Assembly: GCA_963664875.1 (NCBI GenBank)
Contig: OY761611.1
Coordinates: 3,424,001 to 3,488,000, forward strand
Length of the DNA stretch: 64,000 nucleotides
Direction: 5' to 3'
DNA from: Candidatus Kapaibacterium sp.
GTDB lineage: Bacteria > Bacteroidota > Ignavibacteria > Kapaibacteriales > UBA2268
How positions within the stretch are numbered: the stretch's first letter is position 1; every line of letters starts with the position of its first letter. Of this stretch, positions 57,778 to 64,000 are shown in pieces. The notes beneath the pieces are model-generated. The model had not been told where the DNA came from. It saw nothing but the letters and a program-made list of their open reading frames with translations, and did no database searches. Made by a program: the position numbers and the translations under genes.

Positions 57778-58767
57778 ATGCCAGCAACAATTACTTCTAT
57801 AGCTCACTATTTACCTCCTGATGTTTATACTAATAAATATTTTGAGGACTATTTAGATACAAACCATGATTGGATTATGGCAAGAACAGGCATTGCTGAA
57901 CGTCGCTTTGCTAAAGATGGTGCCACAAGCGATTTGATGGTGCCTGCAGCAGAGGAATGTATCAAACGCAGAGGTATCGCCAAAGAGGATATCGACATGG
58001 TAATCTGCGCTACTGTAACGCCTGACCATTTGTTTCCTAATACAGCTGCAGTTTGCCAGCATAAATTAGGACTTCCAAATGCATGGGGTTATGATATTAG
58101 TGCTGCTTGTTCAGGATTTATTTTTACTTTAATAAATGCTGTTAAAATGGTAGAATCCGGCGTTGCAAGAAACGTACTTCTTCTTGCCGGTGACAAAATG
58201 AGTTCAGTAGTTAATTTCCAGGATAGAACTCAAGCTGTGCTTTTCGGCGATGGTGCTGCTGCCTGCCTTATCGAAATGTCTGACGATCCGGAACTTGGTG
58301 TTTTAGACCAGATACTTCACATAGACGGCAATGGCGGTCAATACCTTAAACAAGTTGCCGGTGGCTCTTTCAAACCCGCTTGCCACGAATCAGTGGATGC
58401 AGGCGAACACTATATCTACCAAGACGGACAAAACGTGTTTAAAGCTGCTGTTAAAGGTATGGCAGACGTTTCTACAGAAATCATGACTAAAAATGGAATG
58501 ACTTCTGAAGATATCGACTGGTTAGTGCCGCATCAGGCTAATATGCGTATTATCACAGCAACAGCTCAGAGGATGGGACTTGCACCTGAAAAAGTGATGA
58601 TCAATATCGAAAAATATGGCAACACTACTGCAGGTACTATTCCGATTTGTCTTTCTGAATGGTTAGAAAACGGTAAGCTCCACAAAGGCGACAAACTTGT
58701 GCTTTCAAGCTTTGGTGCTGGTTTTACATGGGGCACGATTTATATGCGTTGGAATATGAATAAATAA
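57778..58767 (+). CDS. fabH: Beta-ketoacyl-ACP synthase III
   Basis: AACSGF, FGDGA, PHQAN, YGNT, FGAG. Confidence 0.97.
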   Translation: MPATITSIAHYLPPDVYTNKYFEDYLDTNHDWIMARTGIAERRFAKDGATSDLMVPAAEECIKRRGIAKEDIDMVICATVTPDHLFPNTAAVCQHKLGLPNAWGYDISAACSGFIFTLINAVKMVESGVARNVLLLAGDKMSSVVNFQDRTQAVLFGDGAAACLIEMSDDPELGVLDQILHIDGNGGQYLKQVAGGSFKPACHESVDAGEHYIYQDGQNVFKAAVKGMADVSTEIMTKNGMTSEDIDWLVPHQANMRIITATAQRMGLAPEKVMINIEKYGNTTAGTIPICLSEWLENGKLHKGDKLVLSSFGAGFTWGTIYMRWNMNK

Positions 58768-58778
58768 ATTTGAATGAT

Positions 58779-59708
58779 ATGAGCAAAGCATTATTATTTA
58801 CCGGGCAAGGTTCTCAATATGTAGGCATGGTCAAAGACCTGTTTGACAAATATCCTGTTGCTCGTGATTTAGTTGAAAAAGCAGACAAAGCCTTAGGCTT
58901 TTCTATTAGCAATATTTGCTTCGATGGTCCTGCGGAAACATTGAAAGAAACAAGATACACTCAACCTGCATTGTTTTTGCACTCTGCGGTGGCGTTCAAT
59001 CTTGTCAAAGATAATATGGAATTTTCTGTAGTAGCAGGGCACTCCGTAGGCGAATATGCTGCTTTATATGCAGCAGAGGTCATCTCATTTGAAGATGCTA
59101 TAAAACTTGTAGCTCTTAGAGGTCAGCTAATGTTCACTGCCGGCGAAGATGAACCGGGAACAATGATGGCTGTTATGGGTGCCGACGACGAAAAAGTTGA
59201 AGCCGCTTGCGCAGAACTTACCGAAAACGGTAACGGAAACGTAGTGGTAGCTGCTAATTACAACTGCCCCGGGCAGTTAGTAGTCTCCGGCTCTGCAGAG
59301 TACCTCAGAGCAAACGCAGCTGCATTCAAAGCAGCAGGTGCAAAAATAGTAAAAGAATTGCCTGTAAGCGGAGCTTTTCACTCTCCACTTATGAAACCTG
59401 CCAAAGAAAAATTGGCTGAGGCTATCAACAATATTGATTTCAAAGATGCAAAGGTTCCAGTGTATTCTAATGTTTACGCAAAACCAATAAGCAATGCATC
59501 TGAAATAAAAGAAGCTCTTATCGCTCAGCTTACTGCACCTGTCAAATGGACTCAGTCCTTGCAGGCTATGGATGCTGACGGAATTACTGACTTTGTCGAA
59601 TTAGGTCCGGGCAATGTATTGCAAGGTTTGGTAAAACGAACTCTTGCAGGCAAAAACATTGGCGGAATCGACAAGGTAGAAGATGTGGAAAAATATATTG
59701 CAGGTTAA
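58779..59708 (+). CDS. fabD: Malonyl-CoA:ACP transacylase
   Basis: GQGSQ, TQPA, GHSVGEY, SGAFHS. Confidence 0.97.
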   Translation: MSKALLFTGQGSQYVGMVKDLFDKYPVARDLVEKADKALGFSISNICFDGPAETLKETRYTQPALFLHSAVAFNLVKDNMEFSVVAGHSVGEYAALYAAEVISFEDAIKLVALRGQLMFTAGEDEPGTMMAVMGADDEKVEAACAELTENGNGNVVVAANYNCPGQLVVSGSAEYLRANAAAFKAAGAKIVKELPVSGAFHSPLMKPAKEKLAEAINNIDFKDAKVPVYSNVYAKPISNASEIKEALIAQLTAPVKWTQSLQAMDADGITDFVELGPGNVLQGLVKRTLAGKNIGGIDKVEDVEKYIAG

Positions 59709-59758
59709 AAAGATATATTTTTTAACTTTATTTTTTGTCAATTAAAGAAAATACGATA

Positions 59759-60505
59759 ATGGGAAACAGATTTGAAGGGAAAGTTGCTGTCGTTACAGGC
59801 GGTTGCCGCGGTATCGGAAAAGCAATAGTAGAAAGATTTTTGCAGGAAGGAGCTAAGGTTTATTCTTTCGATTATGTTATACCTGCAGAAGGTGATACTT
59901 TTATCGAAGATTCGGCTTTGGCAGTTAATGCTAAATGTGTACAAACTGACGTAACAAGCACAGAATCTGTTGCCGGTGCATTTGACAATGTTGTCAAAGC
60001 AGAAGGCAAAATAGATATACTTGTAAATAACGCAGGCGTAACACGCGATAATTTATTGATGAGAATGTCAGAAACGGAATGGGATCAGGTAATCAATACT
60101 AACTTGAAAGGCACATTTATCTGTACTAAAGCAGTTACCCGACAAATGATGTCCCAAAGAAGTGGTCGTATTATCAATGTTGGTTCTATTATAGGAAGCA
60201 CAGGTAATGCCGGACAGTCTAACTATGCTTCATCAAAAGCAGGGGTAATAGGTTTTACAAAATCGATCGCACAGGAACTTGCTTCCCGTAATATTTTGTC
60301 AAACGTAGTTGCTCCGGGGTACGTAGAAACTCCAATGACTGACAAATTAACTGATGAACAAAAGAAAGCTTATGCAGAAGCAGTGCCGCTCAAAAGAGCT
60401 GCAAAACCGGAAGATATAGCAAACGTTGTAGCTTTCCTTGCCTCTGACGATGCTTCTTATGTTACAGGTCAGGTAATACACGTTGACGGCGGATTAGCAC
60501 TTTAA
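59759..60505 (+). CDS. fabG: 3-oxoacyl-ACP reductase
   Basis: TGGCRGIG, NNAGVTRD, YASSK. Confidence 0.96.
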   Translation: MGNRFEGKVAVVTGGCRGIGKAIVERFLQEGAKVYSFDYVIPAEGDTFIEDSALAVNAKCVQTDVTSTESVAGAFDNVVKAEGKIDILVNNAGVTRDNLLMRMSETEWDQVINTNLKGTFICTKAVTRQMMSQRSGRIINVGSIIGSTGNAGQSNYASSKAGVIGFTKSIAQELASRNILSNVVAPGYVETPMTDKLTDEQKKAYAEAVPLKRAAKPEDIANVVAFLASDDASYVTGQVIHVDGGLAL

Positions 60506-60557
60506 TCATATTATTATAAATCGTTTTTTAAACAACTTATGTTCTTAGGAGTATATC

Positions 60558-60788
60558 ATGGCTATTTTAGCAAGAGTTAAAGAAATCATCGTAAACAAAC
60601 TTGGTGTTGAAGAATCACAAGTTACACTTGAAGCTTCTTTCACAAAAGACTTGGGTGCTGACTCTTTGGATACAGTAGAGCTCATCATGGAATTCGAAAA
60701 AGAATTCGATATCACTATCGAAGATAGCGAAGCTGAAAAAATCCAAACTGTAGGCGATGTTGTTAATTTCTTGGAAGCTAACAAGTAA
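60558..60788 (+). CDS. acpP: Acyl carrier protein
   Basis: [12 protein letters not shown]. Confidence 0.98.
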   Translation: MAILARVKEIIVNKLGVEESQVTLEASFTKDLGADSLDTVELIMEFEKEFDITIEDSEAEKIQTVGDVVNFLEANK

Positions 60789-60963
60789 TTAGCTTAGAAA
60801 TTAAAAGCAGAGAAAGAGACTTTTTTTAGAAGTCATCTGATTGATTATCGTAAGGGACAGTCCGGCATATTAAAAAAATATGCAGACTGCCCTAATACGA
60901 TTTATAAAAAAGCCTCTAAAAAATTTAATTGTAATGTGTAAAGTATAACAACGGCGAGAACTT

Positions 60964-62214
60964 ATGCCGAAATACGATTTCCCACGTGTAGTGATTACCG
61001 GTCTCGGAGCAGTAACTCCAATTGGTAATAATATCGATGAATTTTGGAATTCAATGATGGAAGGCAAAAGCGGAGCCGGAATGATTACCGGGTTCGATGC
61101 CTCAGAATATAAAACAAAATTTGCATGCCAGGTAAAAGATTTCGATCCTGAAAAATATATGCATAAAAAAGAAATGCAGCGTATGGATCCTTTTACTCAT
61201 TATGCAATTGCAGCTGCTTCTATGGCTATAGAAGATGCAGCTATTGACTTTGAAACACTCGACAAAGAAAGAGTTGGTGTGATCTTCGGTTCCGGTATCG
61301 GTGGTATGTGGACTTACCATCACCAGCAGGAACAGCTTTACCAACGTGGTAAGCCTGATAGAATTTCACCATTCTTTGTGCCGATGATGATTTCTGACAT
61401 TGCTGCAGGACAGATAGCTATCCGTTGGGGCTTCAAAGGTCCTAATTATGCTACAGTTTCTGCTTGTGCTACTTCATCTCATGCAATCGCAGATGCTCTG
61501 ATGCTTATCCAAAGAGGTAATGCAGACATGATGATTTGCGGCGGCAGCGAAGCAGCAATCTGCCCTATGGGTGTTGGTGGCTTTAATGCTATGCAGGCAC
61601 TTTCTACAAGAAATGATGACCCTGCTACTGCCAGCCGTCCTTTCGATAAAGGCAGAGACGGATTCGTCATGGGCGAAGGCGGTGGTGTGCTTGTTATAGA
61701 AACATTGGAGCACGCACGCAAAAGAGGTGCAAAAATTTATGCAGAATTAGCAGGTTTCGGACTGACAGATGATGCTCATCACATCACTGCTCCTTCTTTG
61801 GATGGTCCTACAAGATCAATGCGTCTTGCTATCGAAGATGCAGGATTGAAACCTGAAGACATAGACTATCTAAATGCTCACGGTACATCTACTCCGCACA
61901 ACGACAGAAATGAAACTGCCGCTGTGAAAGAAGTATTTGGCGAGCATGCTTACAAGATGGCTATCAGCTCTACAAAATCAATGACCGGTCACCTTCTGGG
62001 TGCTGCCGGAGCTATCGAAGCAGTAGCTACAACTCTTGCAATTACAAATGCAATGGTGCCGCCTACTATCAATATTGTAGAGCAGGATCCTGATTGTGAT
62101 TTGAACTATACACCTCACAAACCGGTGAAAAAAGAAATCAAAGCTGCGATAAGCAATACTTTTGGTTTTGGTGGTCATAATGCTACTTTATGTTTCAAAA
62201 AATTTGAAGATTAA
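60964..62214 (+). CDS. fabF: Beta-ketoacyl-ACP synthase II
   Basis: RVVITGLG, SACAT, NAHGTST, GHLLGAAG, FGFGGHN. Confidence 0.97.
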   Translation: MPKYDFPRVVITGLGAVTPIGNNIDEFWNSMMEGKSGAGMITGFDASEYKTKFACQVKDFDPEKYMHKKEMQRMDPFTHYAIAAASMAIEDAAIDFETLDKERVGVIFGSGIGGMWTYHHQQEQLYQRGKPDRISPFFVPMMISDIAAGQIAIRWGFKGPNYATVSACATSSHAIADALMLIQRGNADMMICGGSEAAICPMGVGGFNAMQALSTRNDDPATASRPFDKGRDGFVMGEGGGVLVIETLEHARKRGAKIYAELAGFGLTDDAHHITAPSLDGPTRSMRLAIEDAGLKPEDIDYLNAHGTSTPHNDRNETAAVKEVFGEHAYKMAISSTKSMTGHLLGAAGAIEAVATTLAITNAMVPPTINIVEQDPDCDLNYTPHKPVKKEIKAAISNTFGFGGHNATLCFKKFED

Positions 62215-62222
62215 ATCGATAA

Positions 62223-63035
62223 ATGCAAGATATTTTTCAGCAAATTTACGATGGCATTTTTAAGTTCAAACCGCTTAAAAAGTTTCTTAAAAGCGAATCA
62301 AACCACAGGGAGCTATTCCCTGTGGTTGGTTTTTTAGATGCCAAACGCAAAAAAGAATTAGAAAAAGCTTTAAATATTAAAATCAAAAATACTCAGTATT
62401 TTGAACAAGCTCTAATCCATCGCTCTTATCTGCAGGTACTTGGCAGGGGAGATGTACACTCCAATGAACGAATGGAATTTCTCGGCGATGCCATACTTGG
62501 TATGCTGATAGCCGAATATCTATTTTCTATGGATATGAGCATCCACGAAGGTGATCTTACTAAACTAAGAGCCAGGTTGGTCAATAAAAAATCATTGACT
62601 TATTGTGCATTAGACCTAAGACTCAATGATTTTTTAATGATGAGCTATAGCTGCCGCCATTCTTTGGATCAGGGTAATGACGCTCTGCTCGGAGACGCTA
62701 TGGAGGCTATAATAGCAGCTGTTTATCTCGATTCAGGTCTTCGTGAAACCAATGATTTTATTTTGAATAGATTAATTCCGACTCTATTAAATAAAAGTGT
62801 TTTGGAAGATACAAATTATAAAAGTAAATTGCTTGAGACTGTTCAGGCAAATGGAAAAGAAGCTCCTTCGTATTCGGTACTCGAAGCAAACGGTCCCGAC
62901 CACGACAAAGAGTTCAAAATTGGTGTCTATGTTGGTGGTGAGTTGCTCGCTGTCGGCATTGGCAAAAACAAAAGAGCTGCAGAGCAGAACGCTGCCTTTA
63001 CTGCTCTCGAAAAACTAAGCAATCTATTTTCATAA
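62223..63035 (+). CDS. rnc: Ribonuclease III
   Basis: ALIHRS, NERMEFLGDAIL, DAMEA, dsRBD NYKS..GPDH..AEQNAA. Confidence 0.97.
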   Translation: MQDIFQQIYDGIFKFKPLKKFLKSESNHRELFPVVGFLDAKRKKELEKALNIKIKNTQYFEQALIHRSYLQVLGRGDVHSNERMEFLGDAILGMLIAEYLFSMDMSIHEGDLTKLRARLVNKKSLTYCALDLRLNDFLMMSYSCRHSLDQGNDALLGDAMEAIIAAVYLDSGLRETNDFILNRLIPTLLNKSVLEDTNYKSKLLETVQANGKEAPSYSVLEANGPDHDKEFKIGVYVGGELLAVGIGKNKRAAEQNAAFTALEKLSNLFS

Positions 63036-63057
63036 CTAATATATATAGTGATGCGGT

Positions 63058-64000
63058 ATGGAAAAGTTAATATTTGAAAAATCTCGTCCGGGCCGTAAAG
63101 GATATACGCTCCCACAGTTAGATGTCGATACTGTTGCTGTTGATGCTCATATCCCGCAAGACCTTATCAGAAAAAATGACGCTGAATTACCTGAAATTAG
63201 CGAAAACGAAATCGCAAGACATTTCACAAAATTGTCTAAACTTAATTTCAATATAGAAGAAGGATTGTATCCTCTTGGTTCTTGTACCATGAAATACAAC
63301 CCTAAAGTAAACGAAGTTACGGCTTCTTTGCCGGGCTTTCTAAACGTTCACCCTTGTAGCCAGGAAGAGCACGCACAAGGTGCTTTGCAGTTAATGTACG
63401 AACTTGGTGAATCTTTGAAAGAAATCACAGGTCTCCCTGGTGTTTCTTTGCAGCCGGCTGCAGGTTCTCATGGTGAATTGACAAGTATCTTTATGTTCCG
63501 TGCTTACCATTTGCATAATGGCCAGCCACAAAGAAATAAAATCCTTATTCCTGATGCAGCTCATGGTACTAATCCTGCTTCTGCAGCTATCGGTGGTTTC
63601 CAAATCATCAACATCAACTCTACTGAAGACGGAAGAATTGATATCGCTGATTTGAAATCTAAAGTTGGCGACGATACAGCAGGTTTCATGATTACAAATC
63701 CTAATACTATTGGTTTGTTCGAACCGCAGATTCTTGAAATCAACAAGATTATCAAAGATGCAGGTGGTTTGCTTTACATGGATGGTGCCAATCTAAATGC
63801 TCTTATGGGTATTGCACGTCCGGGAGATATGGAATTTGATGCAGTTCACTTCAACTTGCACAAAACTATGTCAACTCCTCACGGTGGTGGTGGTCCGGGT
63901 GCAGGTCCAATTTGTGTTTCTGAAAGATTAAAACCATTCCTTCCTGTACCTCAAATCGAAAAAGAAGGCGATAAGTACATAATGATTATGGATAATAAAC
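63058..64000 (+). CDS. gcvPB: Glycine dehydrogenase (decarboxylating) subunit 2 (runs off the window edge)
   Basis: Hand translation MEKLIFEKSRPGRKGY...YPLGSCTMKYNPK...QPAAGSHGE...AHGTNPASA...FNLHKTMSTPHGGGGPG. Confidence 0.95.
   Translation, partial: MEKLIFEKSRPGRKGYTLPQLDVDTVAVDAHIPQDLIRKNDAELPEISENEIARHFTKLSKLNFNIEEGLYPLGSCTMKYNPKVNEVTASLPGFLNVHPCSQEEHAQGALQLMYELGESLKEITGLPGVSLQPAAGSHGELTSIFMFRAYHLHNGQPQRNKILIPDAAHGTNPASAAIGGFQIININSTEDGRIDIADLKSKVGDDTAGFMITNPNTIGLFEPQILEINKIIKDAGGLLYMDGANLNALMGIARPGDMEFDAVHFNLHKTMSTPHGGGGPGAGPICVSERLKPFLPVPQIEKEGDKYIMIMDNK

Noticed and set aside
38122-64000. Many short antisense or overlapping ORFs in the housekeeping region
   Set aside because: They lie within well-supported genes and have no recognisable motifs.

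Overview
Low-GC chromosomal window from a Bacteroidota/Chlorobiota-group bacterium (T9SS cargo proteins, ExbB-ExbD-ExbD-TonB-PstS-TPR cluster; Ignavibacteria/Kapabacteria-like by inference). The right part (38-64 kb) is ordinary housekeeping: ftsK, comB, kdsA-lptC-tpiA-pgsA-pgpA, HU, pyrB, prmC, the TonB cluster, yceD-rpmF-plsX-fabHDG-acpP-fabF-rnc and gcvPB. The left part is accessory-rich. (1) An intact but minimal Mu-like phage head plus lysis operon (3.8-10.2 kb) has no recognisable terminase, tail tube/sheath, integrase or replication genes. (2) Three T9SS beta-propeller genes, two of them tandem duplicates, are separated by clusters of nested palindromic repeats. (3) tRNA-Arg and SRP RNA are followed by an array of orphan Rhs C-terminal toxin/immunity cassettes. 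Their conserved Rhs core is mosaic and often carries the same palindromic insertion. (4) An IS200-type Y1 transposase flanked by inverted REP-like palindromes is preceded by four tandem ~264-bp copies of its own internally deleted derivative, and abuts a second Rhs cassette cluster. (5) A tandem array of four full and one truncated Rpn (PD-(D/E)XK) genes has shuffled C-terminal tails. All family calls come from motif recognition, not database searches.
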